A DNA stretch of 64,000 bases from Candidatus Woesebacteria bacterium (GCA_018060845.1 JAGOVG010000002.1:23581-87580), one strand, 5' to 3'. Positions 50,842-60,171 are shown, counted from the stretch's first letter. The notes: generated by a model from the sequence alone, not told the origin. A program made the numbers and translations.

Positions 50842-52043
50842 AAATCCTGATGCTCACCCCTTATCTCCCGTACCCACTGGTCTCCGGGGGACAGATCAGG
50901 ACTTACAATCTTCTTAAGGCTCTCAGTACCAAACACGAGATCACACTATTCGCTCTGATCAAAGAAGATTCAGAACGGGAGCACCTTGCTGAGCTCAAAA
51001 AATACTGTAGCAAAATAATCTTATTCAAAAGAACGCGTCATCCATTTGTGTTGCGCAATATCCTCCTCGCTGGCTTTACCGCTTACCCCTTTGTTGTGAC
51101 TCGCAATCTCCCGCTAGGAATGGCTACAGCTATTGAGAAAGAACTCTCAACCACAGCTTATGACCTGATCCACGCTGAGACTTTTTACATGATGCCTAAC
51201 ATCCCAGATACCAAGATCCCGATCATCTTAGCTGAGCAAACAATTGAGTACCTGGGTTACCAAGATTACATGAAAAAAGCTAATCCGCTCCTGCGTCCCA
51301 TCCTCGCGATCGATGTCGCCAAGATCAAATATTGGGAGCGACACTACTGGAAAAAGGCTGACAAGCTAATCACGATGTCTGAAGAGGATAAACAGTTTAT
51401 CGAAAAAGAGCTGGGAACAACGACTAATACTAGTGTCGTTGCTAACGGGGTAGACCTAGCCTATTTTTCAGCTCTCAAAAAAAAGCTCCCCAAAGACCCC
51501 ACTGTCCTCTTTGTCGGAACATTTAAGTGGCTACCCAACAAAGAAGCTGTCGAAGAAATAGTGACAAAGATCTGGCCGCTAATCAAAGCCAAGTTGCCGA
51601 CTGCCAAGCTTAAGATAGTTGGTTTTTCACCTACTCCACGCATCCAGTCTTTTGCCTCAGATCCATCAATCGAAGTACTCGGGGCTATCAAAGATATCCG
51701 TGATGCTTTTGCGACCAGCCACATGCTCCTGGCACCGATTAGGAGTGGTAAGGGGACTAGGTATAAAGTGCTCGAAGCCATGATTACAGGCACTCCAGTG
51801 GTCGCGACTAGCTTAGCTGCGGAGGGGATTGAGCTCACAGACGGCCAAAATGTCTTGATCGCCGATACAGTTGCCGATTTGGCTGAGAGTACCGTCCGCT
51901 TGCTCAAAGACAATGCGCTCCAAACTAAGCTCGGTGCAGCTGGTCAAAGCGTGGTTAAGCGCTCCTACAGCTGGGATGGTATAGCTCGCCAGCTAGATGC
52001 AGTCTACCAAGAATTCAAAAATTCAAAGTATAAAAAGAGTTAA
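50838..52043 (+). CDS. GT4 family glycosyltransferase
   Basis: MKILMLTPYLPYPLVSGGQIRTYNL N-terminus. GTRYKVLEAMITGTPVVATS. Confidence 0.75.
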   Translation: MKILMLTPYLPYPLVSGGQIRTYNLLKALSTKHEITLFALIKEDSEREHLAELKKYCSKIILFKRTRHPFVLRNILLAGFTAYPFVVTRNLPLGMATAIEKELSTTAYDLIHAETFYMMPNIPDTKIPIILAEQTIEYLGYQDYMKKANPLLRPILAIDVAKIKYWERHYWKKADKLITMSEEDKQFIEKELGTTTNTSVVANGVDLAYFSALKKKLPKDPTVLFVGTFKWLPNKEAVEEIVTKIWPLIKAKLPTAKLKIVGFSPTPRIQSFASDPSIEVLGAIKDIRDAFATSHMLLAPIRSGKGTRYKVLEAMITGTPVVATSLAAEGIELTDGQNVLIADTVADLAESTVRLLKDNALQTKLGAAGQSVVKRSYSWDGIARQLDAVYQEFKNSKYKKS

Positions 52044-52049
52044 GATGAT

Positions 52050-52952
52050 ATGAAAAATAAACTTGATTTATCAATCATTATTGTCTCACACAACAGTCAC
52101 AGTTTTTTGCGCCAAACACTCAACTCACTAGCTACTCAACAAAATATTTCATACGAGATCATCGTCGTAGATAACTTAAGCACTGACAAGACTCGTGAGA
52201 TGCTAAAGAGTGAATTCCCCGGGGTTACTTTGATCAAAAGAGATACTTCTGTAGGCTTTGCCGCTGCCAACAATGTAGGGATCAAGCAAGCTACTGCGGG
52301 GACTCTGCTCTTCCTCAATCCCGATATTAGTTTTAATACTCCGACTGACCTCGCTCGCTGCTATGAACACTTGAACATTGATAACAAGATCTCCTGTCTC
52401 GGTCCCAAGGTGACTCTCGCCCTAACAGGTGAGATCGACGCTACCTCGCACCGCGGCTTCCCGACCCCTTTTGCGAGCTTTACTCACTTTAGCGGACTCT
52501 CTAGATTGTTCCCGAATGTTGCCATGCTTAATCAATACACCAAGAGTTATCTTGGCTACGATCACGAACACGAGATCGATGCGATCGGTGGTATGTTTAT
52601 GATGCTCAAGCGAGAGGCGGGGGAGAGCATCGGATGGTGGGACGAAGAATATGATTTTTATGGTGAGGATCTAGACTTATGTTATCGATTGTGGCAACAC
52701 AATCTGCGGATTCTTTACTACCCAACAGTAACTATCAAGCACTATAAGGGTGCGACCACCGGCATGAGCCGAGCTAGTCGCTCAGTCACTACTGCGTCAG
52801 TCGAAAAAACGCGCCAGGTCCGCCGCTGGTCTATACAGGCGATGGAGATTTTTTACCGTAAGCATTATCAAAAAAAGTATCCATTCTTGATCAACTGGAT
52901 TGTCTTCCTCGGTATTCGCCTTATGAAGTTCCGTCGTGTCACCCTAGCATAA
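52050..52952 (+). CDS. GT2 family glycosyltransferase
   Basis: LSIIIVSHNSHSFL, IIVVDNLSTDKT, FAAANNVGIK, EDLDLCYR. This is the last gene of the long co-directional array. Confidence 0.75.
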   Translation: MKNKLDLSIIIVSHNSHSFLRQTLNSLATQQNISYEIIVVDNLSTDKTREMLKSEFPGVTLIKRDTSVGFAAANNVGIKQATAGTLLFLNPDISFNTPTDLARCYEHLNIDNKISCLGPKVTLALTGEIDATSHRGFPTPFASFTHFSGLSRLFPNVAMLNQYTKSYLGYDHEHEIDAIGGMFMMLKREAGESIGWWDEEYDFYGEDLDLCYRLWQHNLRILYYPTVTIKHYKGATTGMSRASRSVTTASVEKTRQVRRWSIQAMEIFYRKHYQKKYPFLINWIVFLGIRLMKFRRVTLA

Positions 52953-52953
52953 A

Positions 52954-53478
52954 CTAACTTGGCCATTTCTCGTATACTATTCCAAGGCTAAGCATTTCTA
53001 AGCTGTAATTCAATACATTGCTAAAAAACGCCTCTCCAACCTCCTTATGTAAATCATGAAACTCGAGTAATACTGGCAACAAATCCGCGACAGCATAACT
53101 CGGAATCTTAGGCTTTCCGCTTATATACCTCAAACCATTGATTGAAAGTTGAAATAGCATATTTAGACCAGGTCCCTCCTTGTAGGTCGCCAGCTGACAA
53201 AATGGTCGTACTACGGTTTTCATATCTGGGCTAATAATCGTCCCTTCAAGACTTCTGTTAGTGTCACACCTAATCGCTAGATATGAAACGTGTGGATTCT
53301 CCTTCTTTATAGCAATCACCTCAGTTCCCATATTTTTCAGAGTTACAATCTGTAATGCCTGACGACGTTTGAAACTATCCGACATGTTTTGCAAGGTCAT
53401 CATTTCCGCAAACGCGCACCCCGGATGATTAAATATGAGCTGTGATAGGTCGTATTGAGTAGGGGAAATTTCTGTCAT
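52954..53478 (-). CDS. Hypothetical protein (about 174 aa), the only antisense gene inside the glycosylation locus
   Basis: Clean 525-nt ORF with no competing sense-strand ORF. Its TAG stop (52954-52956) lies 1 nt from the TAA of the convergent GT2 gene. The likely start is ATG 53476-53478 (the track start 53479-53481 is TTG). No recognisable motif. Confidence 0.5.
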   Translation of the reverse strand: MTEISPTQYDLSQLIFNHPGCAFAEMMTLQNMSDSFKRRQALQIVTLKNMGTEVIAIKKENPHVSYLAIRCDTNRSLEGTIISPDMKTVVRPFCQLATYKEGPGLNMLFQLSINGLRYISGKPKIPSYAVADLLPVLLEFHDLHKEVGEAFFSNVLNYSLEMLSLGIVYEKWPS

Positions 53479-53481
53479 CAA

Positions 53482-53538
53482 TGCATTATACCCTATAATA
53501 TAATAGATAGCAGGTGGCTAATCAGCTATAATCATCAC
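53482..53538. promoter_or_regulatory. Divergent intergenic promoter region between the antisense gene and the downstream GT4 gene
   Basis: 57-nt AT-rich spacer contains TATAATATAATAGATAG and CAGCTATAATCATCAC (-10-like hexamers on both strands). Confidence 0.35.
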
Positions 53539-54642
53539 ATGGTCAGAATCGCAATTGATGCACGCTTTTATGGGACAGAGCACACAGGGCTAGGTCGCTA
53601 TACCACTAACGTTCTTAGTTACCTCCCAAGCCACCTCAAAGATCATCAGTTATTTGTCCTCTTGCGCCGTAAATACTTTGAGACTTTAACATTGCCAGCT
53701 AACTGTACCAAGGTACTCTTTGACGTGCCACACTATACATTTGCAGAGCAAATTTTTTACCCTCTCAAGCTTGCTTCTTTAAATATCGACCTGCTCTACA
53801 CACTCCACTTTAATACGCCTATTCTGATTAGAGTGCCGACAGTGGTAACTCTGCACGACCTCATCAAAACCTACTTTACTGGTCGAGAGACGACTACTCG
53901 CGCTCCCTGGCTCTACCATATCAAGCGAGCCGGGTACAATCTAGACGTCCGCCACAGCCTGGTCAACGCTAGTGCAGTGATTGTCCCGACTAATACAGTC
54001 AAAAACCAGATTCTGGCCAACTTCCCCCTGGTCAAACCAGAGCACATCCACCCCATCCCCGAAGCACCCGACCCCATGTTCAAAAGTAGTCCAAAATTGG
54101 ACACAGGACATTCGTCACTAGACATTCCCTCCAAATACATTTTATTTGTCGGTAACGCATATCCACACAAAAACCTCCCTGTTCTGTTAGAAGCCTTCAA
54201 AAAACTAAAAGACCCAGCCCTAAACCTGGTAATAGTTAGTAAGCTATCGCCATTCCTCTCCCGTACGCTAGCCCCATACGAACCCAAAAATATTCATATT
54301 ATGAGTGAGTTAACGGATCAAGAGTTGCACTTGGTCTATCAAAGCGCGTCTGCATTGGTTACTCCATCACTTATGGAGGGCTATGGTCTAGTAGGACTCG
54401 AGGCGATGATGCTCGGCGTGCCAGTGATCGCGAGCAACATCCCAGTCTATCGCGAGGTCTATGGTGACTTGGTTACCTATTTTGATCCAACCAATTCTGA
54501 CCAGTTATCTACAGCTATAAAATCAGTGCTAGCTGACCCTGCACCTGTTCCTCTCAATTTTACTCGCACCTGGGATAACGTCTCACAATCTATCGCGGAG
54601 GTGATTAATGCGAGTTGCGCTCGTTTACGACCGGCTAAATAA
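53539..54642 (+). CDS. GT4 family glycosyltransferase
   Basis: MVRIAIDARFYGTEHTGLGRYT N-terminus is typical of GT4. EGYGLVGLEAMMLGVPVIASNIPVYREV. Confidence 0.8.
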   Translation: MVRIAIDARFYGTEHTGLGRYTTNVLSYLPSHLKDHQLFVLLRRKYFETLTLPANCTKVLFDVPHYTFAEQIFYPLKLASLNIDLLYTLHFNTPILIRVPTVVTLHDLIKTYFTGRETTTRAPWLYHIKRAGYNLDVRHSLVNASAVIVPTNTVKNQILANFPLVKPEHIHPIPEAPDPMFKSSPKLDTGHSSLDIPSKYILFVGNAYPHKNLPVLLEAFKKLKDPALNLVIVSKLSPFLSRTLAPYEPKNIHIMSELTDQELHLVYQSASALVTPSLMEGYGLVGLEAMMLGVPVIASNIPVYREVYGDLVTYFDPTNSDQLSTAIKSVLADPAPVPLNFTRTWDNVSQSIAEVINASCARLRPAK

Positions 54643-55702
54643 AACAGGAGGAGCCGAGCGAGTCCTCGTAGCTTTTCACGAACTGTTTCCAGATGCCCAT
54701 TGGTATACCAGCATCTGGGATCCGAGTGGTGCTTCCTTTAGCCGTGATTGGCATGTAACCTCTAGTTTTGTCAGCAAAATCCCATATCTGCGAAGGCGTC
54801 ACGAGATATTACCTCTACTCATGCCATTTATTTTCGAATCCTTTGACTTTTCTCAATATGACCTCGTAATCAGTATCGGTAGTGCCGAGTCTAAGGGGAT
54901 TATTACAAAGCCAGGTACTCTCCACATTAACTATTGTCTTACGCCTACTCGTTACCTCTACTCGCATAGTGAGGAATATTTAAATAACAAGCTATACAAA
55001 TTCCTCTCAAATCCGCTGCGAGCTTGGGATCAGGTAGCAGCTAGACGCCCAGATAGAATGATAGCAATAAGTACTCAAGTGAAAAAAAGAATCAAGCAGT
55101 ATTACAACCGGGATAGCGAGGTCATCTTTCCCCCCGTCGATACGAAAAAATTCTCGAATCTAGATACACTTGATTCACTTGTTTTACCTGATTTCCCATC
55201 TTTCTATTTCCTCGTGGTCTCCCGCTTGGTGCCGTACAAAAAAATCGACACACTCATACATGCCTTTAATCAGCTCCCCGATCACAACTTAGTAATAGCC
55301 GGTACAGGGAGCGAGATGAGCAAGCTCAAAAAGATGGCAGGGGATAATGTCACCTTTTTGGGAAGTGTTGCTGACTCTGACTTACCTAGTCTCTACCAAC
55401 ATGCGACATCATTTTTACAAGCTAACGAAGAAGATTTTGGCATTAGTATGGTCGAAGCTCAGGCGGCCGGGGTTCCGGTTATTGCATATAATCAAGGTGG
55501 AGCGAGCGATATTGTCAAAGACGGTCTAACTGGTATACTTCTCAGGTCTAACTCTGTAGAGAGTTTTGTTCAAGCGATTGACAATTTTGACGCTAAGCGT
55601 TTTGATAGGGTGGACTGCCAAAGAAATGCTAAGCGTTTTGAAACCGCTAAATGGATGCAAAAAATAATGGAAAGGATAGGTGGATATGTCGACACTCACT
55701 AA
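54608..55702 (+). CDS. GT4 family glycosyltransferase
   Basis: MRVALVYDRLNKTGGAERV. EDFGISMVEAQAAGVPVIAYNQGGASDIV. Confidence 0.75.
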   Translation: MRVALVYDRLNKTGGAERVLVAFHELFPDAHWYTSIWDPSGASFSRDWHVTSSFVSKIPYLRRRHEILPLLMPFIFESFDFSQYDLVISIGSAESKGIITKPGTLHINYCLTPTRYLYSHSEEYLNNKLYKFLSNPLRAWDQVAARRPDRMIAISTQVKKRIKQYYNRDSEVIFPPVDTKKFSNLDTLDSLVLPDFPSFYFLVVSRLVPYKKIDTLIHAFNQLPDHNLVIAGTGSEMSKLKKMAGDNVTFLGSVADSDLPSLYQHATSFLQANEEDFGISMVEAQAAGVPVIAYNQGGASDIVKDGLTGILLRSNSVESFVQAIDNFDAKRFDRVDCQRNAKRFETAKWMQKIMERIGGYVDTH

Positions 55703-56786
55703 TATGCGCATCGTCATCTTTGCAGGAGGAGTAGGTACTCGGATGTGGCCACTCTCGCGTAAGTCTACCCCCAAGCAGTTTGAAAAGATCGTCGGTGACA
55801 AGTCCACTCTGCAGCTTGCTGTTGATCGTGTACGACCTGAGGTAGATTATACAAACATCTATATCTCAACCGGCGCGCAGTATGTCGAAACAGTCAGAGC
55901 CCAGCTACCAGAGCTCCCACCAGAAAATGTGATAGGTGAGCCAGAGATGCGTGATGTTGGTCCTGCTGTTGGATACCTTATGTCTATCCTCGCCAAAAAA
56001 GACCCATGGGGTCCTGTCGCCATCCTTTGGAGTGATCATTTAGTCGAACATGTAGATCGCTTTAAATCTGCGATTGCTGCTGGTTCAGAATATATTAACC
56101 AAAACAAAGAAAACTTTGTTTTTATCGGGCAACATGCTCGCTTTGCTAACCAAAACTTGGGTTGGATCGAGCATGGAGAGAAAATCGCTGAGATTAATGG
56201 GATCGAGCTTCACAAATTTGTCTCATGGCATTATCGACCAGACCAAGAGACTGCCGAAAAATACTATCAGAGCGATAATTACTCATGGAACCCTGGGTAC
56301 TTTATCCTCGCGCCCCAGTTTGTCCTAGATCAGTACAAAAAACACGCGAGTGTTATGTATGACGGATTGCTCAAACTCCAAGAGAGCTACGGCACTCCTG
56401 TTCATGAAAAGTTGCTAAGCGAGATCTATCCAACACTCGAAAAGATTTCTTTTGACGATGCCGTAGTTACCAAGACCGAGCCACAAAAAGCAGTAGTTCT
56501 GACAGTCGATCTAGGCTGGAGCGATATCGGGACCTGGGAAGCACTCAAAGAAGCTCTCCAAAAAACACCAGCAGAAAACTTGATAAAAGGTAACGTAGCT
56601 ACCTACGAGACGACCAATACCGTTGTATATAACTTTACAGATCAGTTAGTCTCGACTATTGGTCTCGATGGCATGGTGGTTGTGGCAACAACAGATGTAA
56701 TCATGGTTGCACCGCAATCACGGATTCCTATGATCAAAAAACTCTTAGAGACATTTGCAGGGACTCCTAACGAAAAATATGCCTAA
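55686..56786 (+). CDS. manC: Mannose-1-phosphate guanylyltransferase / sugar nucleotidyltransferase
   Basis: RIVIFAGGVGTRMWPLSRKSTPKQF is the nucleotidyltransferase G-G-x-G-T-R motif. First ATG is 55686 (the track start 55680 is GTG). Alternative ATG at 55704. Confidence 0.7.
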   Translation: MSTLTNMRIVIFAGGVGTRMWPLSRKSTPKQFEKIVGDKSTLQLAVDRVRPEVDYTNIYISTGAQYVETVRAQLPELPPENVIGEPEMRDVGPAVGYLMSILAKKDPWGPVAILWSDHLVEHVDRFKSAIAAGSEYINQNKENFVFIGQHARFANQNLGWIEHGEKIAEINGIELHKFVSWHYRPDQETAEKYYQSDNYSWNPGYFILAPQFVLDQYKKHASVMYDGLLKLQESYGTPVHEKLLSEIYPTLEKISFDDAVVTKTEPQKAVVLTVDLGWSDIGTWEALKEALQKTPAENLIKGNVATYETTNTVVYNFTDQLVSTIGLDGMVVVATTDVIMVAPQSRIPMIKKLLETFAGTPNEKYA

Positions 56787-57414
56787 TAATTCATACGAGT
56801 TAGTCAAGCGCACTCTCGACGTCTCTGTGGCTCTTATCCTCATCCTTGTTTTCCTGCCTTTTTGGCTGATTGTCCCGACCTTAATTGTCCTAACTAGTCC
56901 AGGGCCAATCATTTATAGACACAAAAGAGTGGGTAGGGGTGGCAAGCAGTTCTTTATGTATAAGTTTCGCTCTATGGTGACTGATGCGGACTTTATCCTG
57001 CACCACAAAAATAAGGAGTTGCTAAAAAAATTCAAAGCAGGGGATTGGAAACTAGAGGCCAAGGATGATCCACGCATTACACCGCTCGGCCGGATCCTGC
57101 GCGCACTCACAATCGACGAGTTCCCACAGATCTACAATGTTTTGACAGGTGATATGAGCATGGTCGGCCCACGCGCTTATTTGGAGCGCGAGTTAACAGA
57201 ACAAGTCAAAAAATATCCAAAAGCCAAAGCGTTCATCCCAACCGTGTTATCGGTCAAACCAGGGATCACTGGGTTGTGGCAGGTCTCGGGGAGAAATGAG
57301 GTTACGTTTGACAAACGTGCCGAACTTGACGCACAATACGTTAAAAGGATGAGTTTATGGACGGATCTATCAATACTCTTAAAGACACCCCAAGCAATGA
57401 TCTCGAAATGGTAA
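56779..57414 (+). CDS. Monotopic phosphoglycosyl transferase (PglC/WbaP-C-terminal type bacterial sugar transferase), priming enzyme
   Basis: KRTLDVSVALILILVFLPFWL re-entrant helix, PIIYRHKRVGRGGKQFFMYKFRSM, IDEFPQ. About 211 aa. ATG 56779 (the track start 56755 is TTG). Confidence 0.8.
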   Translation: MPNNSYELVKRTLDVSVALILILVFLPFWLIVPTLIVLTSPGPIIYRHKRVGRGGKQFFMYKFRSMVTDADFILHHKNKELLKKFKAGDWKLEAKDDPRITPLGRILRALTIDEFPQIYNVLTGDMSMVGPRAYLERELTEQVKKYPKAKAFIPTVLSVKPGITGLWQVSGRNEVTFDKRAELDAQYVKRMSLWTDLSILLKTPQAMISKW

Positions 57415-59372
57415 ATGGGTCGAGTGCTGCGACTGAACCTCAGTTTGACAAGTTTAAAAAAGATGAGCCGGTTAGTCTGGTCGAGCCAAAAAAATCTTCT
57501 AAGAAGCCACTCTACAAACGCCCCTGGTTCATAATTCTTTTAACTTTTATCTTGGTACTTTCGACTCTCTTTGGTTACCTCGGTTATATTGCCTTTAACA
57601 CTTACTCAAAAATAGGTGCAGTCGAGTCGCATGGTCGCGGTGCTGCAGCAGCTTTTCAGGCACGTGATCTCCAAACCGCAAAGACCGAAATCGAAAATAC
57701 CAAAAATGCTCTCGCCGAGGCCAACCAGACTTATCAATCAGTGAGACCATTCATGGCTATCCCCGTGCTCGGCGCCTATCTCAAAGACGGTGATAGGGTC
57801 TTTACTGCCAGCACACAGGGTGTAGAGGTAGCAGAACTCGTAGTTCGTGCAATTGAGCCTTACGCTGAACTCATGGGCTTTACCGGTGCCATCTCCTCTG
57901 ACCCAGCGCTAGCTACTGCCGAAGACAGGATCATTTTCGTCGCCGAGACAGTCGAAAAATTGGCACCCGAAATGGACAACATCAGTGCCAAGCTAAAACA
58001 GGTCGATGAGGCCATCTCCCAGATTGACGAGAACCGCTACCCCAAAACCATCAATGGCATGAATGTGAGAGAGAATATTACTCAGGCCAAGGCTACTGTC
58101 TCTGGTCTCGCTAGCTCGCTCAGCAATTTTCAACCAATAGTCAAACTATTGCCTGATCTCCTAGGTAACCCCGATCCTCGCAAGTACTTGCTCCTTTTCC
58201 AAAACGATGCGGAGCTGCGTGCAACTGGTGGCTTCTTAACTGCTTATGCAACTCTCACTATCACCAAAGGCAAGATAGAGCCCGGTATCTCCGAAGATAT
58301 CTATACTCTCGATAATGGTTTTAAGAAAAAAGTCCCAGCCCCAGATCCTATCAAAAAATACCTACCACTAGTCTATAACTGGAATCTTAGAGACATGAAT
58401 CTCTCTCCAGATTTTAAAGTGAGTATGGATACCTTTACCACCTACATGCGCGAGAGCTCAGTGGCTCCCGAATACGACGCCATTATCGCGATCGACACCG
58501 AGGTGCCAGTTCGCATACTTAAAGTCTTGGGTCCTATTGGAGTGTCTGGTTACGGTGGCAAGTTTAGTGCAGAAAACGATCCACGCTGCGACTGTCCTCA
58601 GGTCATCTACGAACTAGAGAATATTATTACCAAGCCAACCTACGAGATTAGGGAGGGTCGAAAGAGTATCCTAGGGCCCTTGATGAACAGTATGCTAGCC
58701 AACATGATGGGTAGTCCTAAGGCCAAATGGGCAGAGTTCTTTAATATCTTTACCGAGAGTATCGAGCAAAAACATCTCCTTATGTACTTTAAGGACGAGA
58801 ACAAACAGTTAGCCGCCGAGGCACTCGGTGCGGCCGGCAGACTAACTTCTTATACCGAGGGTGACTACCTCCACATCAACGACAGCAACTTTGCAGGAGC
58901 CAAGAGTAATCTGTTTGTCGAATCCGAGGTGACCCAAGAGATCTCGTTAAATGAAGATGGAAGTGCAACCAAAAAACTGACTCTAACTTACAAAAATCCC
59001 AGGAAAGGTGACAACTGTAATCTCGAAGCAGGTCAGCTCTGTCTCAATGGACTCTTGCGTAGCTGGACCCGGATCTATGTCCCCAAAGGCAGTGTGCTCA
59101 AGGGTGGACGAGGCTTTGAGGCAGACATGGAGACCAACGAGGATCTAGGCTATACCGTACTCGAAGGGTTCTTTACCTTAGCTCCCCAATCTGTCAAAAA
59201 ACTAGAGGTCGAATATACCATCCCCGCTGGCACCATTAAGGGGAATGATTACAAGATGTTAATCCAGAACCAGCCAGGTACTGACCCCGTCAAACACACG
59301 ATCACGGTAAGCGGTACCAAAGCCAAGGTAGTGACTATTGATTCTGATCAAGAGATTACGATAAGTAGATAA
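57408..59372 (+). CDS. DUF4012-like secreted/membrane-anchored protein
   Basis: N-terminal TM (WFIILLTFILVLSTLFGYLGYIAF). LLLFQNDAELRATGGFLTAYATL matches the N.ELR.TGG hallmark of DUF4012. ATG 57408 overlaps the upstream stop. Confidence 0.55.
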   Translation: MVNGSSAATEPQFDKFKKDEPVSLVEPKKSSKKPLYKRPWFIILLTFILVLSTLFGYLGYIAFNTYSKIGAVESHGRGAAAAFQARDLQTAKTEIENTKNALAEANQTYQSVRPFMAIPVLGAYLKDGDRVFTASTQGVEVAELVVRAIEPYAELMGFTGAISSDPALATAEDRIIFVAETVEKLAPEMDNISAKLKQVDEAISQIDENRYPKTINGMNVRENITQAKATVSGLASSLSNFQPIVKLLPDLLGNPDPRKYLLLFQNDAELRATGGFLTAYATLTITKGKIEPGISEDIYTLDNGFKKKVPAPDPIKKYLPLVYNWNLRDMNLSPDFKVSMDTFTTYMRESSVAPEYDAIIAIDTEVPVRILKVLGPIGVSGYGGKFSAENDPRCDCPQVIYELENIITKPTYEIREGRKSILGPLMNSMLANMMGSPKAKWAEFFNIFTESIEQKHLLMYFKDENKQLAAEALGAAGRLTSYTEGDYLHINDSNFAGAKSNLFVESEVTQEISLNEDGSATKKLTLTYKNPRKGDNCNLEAGQLCLNGLLRSWTRIYVPKGSVLKGGRGFEADMETNEDLGYTVLEGFFTLAPQSVKKLEVEYTIPAGTIKGNDYKMLIQNQPGTDPVKHTITVSGTKAKVVTIDSDQEITISR

Positions 59373-59403
59373 TTTGTGAAGATTTGAGAATTTGAGATTT
59401 GTG
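59371..59403. promoter_or_regulatory. Four tandem ATTTG(T/A)G units upstream of recO (candidate operator/promoter element)
   Basis: AATTTGTGAA-GATTTGAGA-ATTTGAGA-TTTGTG with about 9-nt periodicity in the 45-nt intergenic space. The GGAG RBS follows at 59413-59416. Confidence 0.3.
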
Positions 59404-59417
59404 TAGATTATAGGAGT

Positions 59418-59930
59418 ATGAAGTATCACAAATATCACGCCATAGTCATCAATCGTCGAAATATTAAAGATGCAGATCGGTTTTTGACGCTTTATACTCT
59501 AGAGTCAGGCAAGGTAGATGTATATGCGAGGAGTGTGCGGAGCCTCAAATCTAAGCGCCTAGCGAGCCTAGATCTCTTTACCCACATCTCATGCGAGGCT
59601 ATCGAGAAGAATGATCGTCTCACCCTCACTCACGTTGACTTATTGCATACCCACCAAGATAGTAAGACCAGTCTCGCCAACATTTCGCGCCTATTCCAGA
59701 TAGGGGAATTAGTCGACAAACTGACGCCTGATGGTGATCCACATCCCGAGGTCTACAATCTACTATTAACAGCCCTAACCCACCTCCACCGCTTTGACAC
59801 CCCCGAATACTTAACCAGATTCAAAAAGAAGCTCCTGACTGAGCTAGGCTTTGATCCAGATCCTGCCGATCTCGACGCATACATCGAGAGTTTACTCTCT
59901 CGCCCGCTCCGCACTAGACATATATTGTAG
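59418..59930 (+). CDS. recO: DNA repair protein RecO (short form)
   Basis: YHAIVINRRNIKDADRFLTLYTLESGKVDVYARSVRSLKSKRLASLDLFTHI matches the RecO N-terminal OB-fold consensus pattern. Confidence 0.6.
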   Translation: MKYHKYHAIVINRRNIKDADRFLTLYTLESGKVDVYARSVRSLKSKRLASLDLFTHISCEAIEKNDRLTLTHVDLLHTHQDSKTSLANISRLFQIGELVDKLTPDGDPHPEVYNLLLTALTHLHRFDTPEYLTRFKKKLLTELGFDPDPADLDAYIESLLSRPLRTRHIL

Positions 59931-59964
59931 AATTATATAACTGTCCAATAATTTAAGGAGCAAT

Positions 59965-60171
59965 ATGTTTGTGCAATATCCAACACCAGATATGAATTAT
60001 GGTCAGGCTAATATGATTGTCAGTGAATGGGAGAGAGCTGGGAGACCAGAGCCGATGACATCAGAACAAGCATTGGCATATGCGATGATGTCACCGATTC
60101 CTAAAGAAATAGATCTGACACCATTAGTCGCAGCTATCGGTGATGGGCCAATTCCTGAAGGTACTCCATAA
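59965..60171 (+). CDS. Small hypothetical protein (68 aa) between recO and glyS
   Basis: AAGGAG RBS at 59955-59960, 4 nt before the ATG. This position parallels the small ORF found between recO and glyQ in Firmicutes. Confidence 0.45.
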   Translation: MFVQYPTPDMNYGQANMIVSEWERAGRPEPMTSEQALAYAMMSPIPKEIDLTPLVAAIGDGPIPEGTP

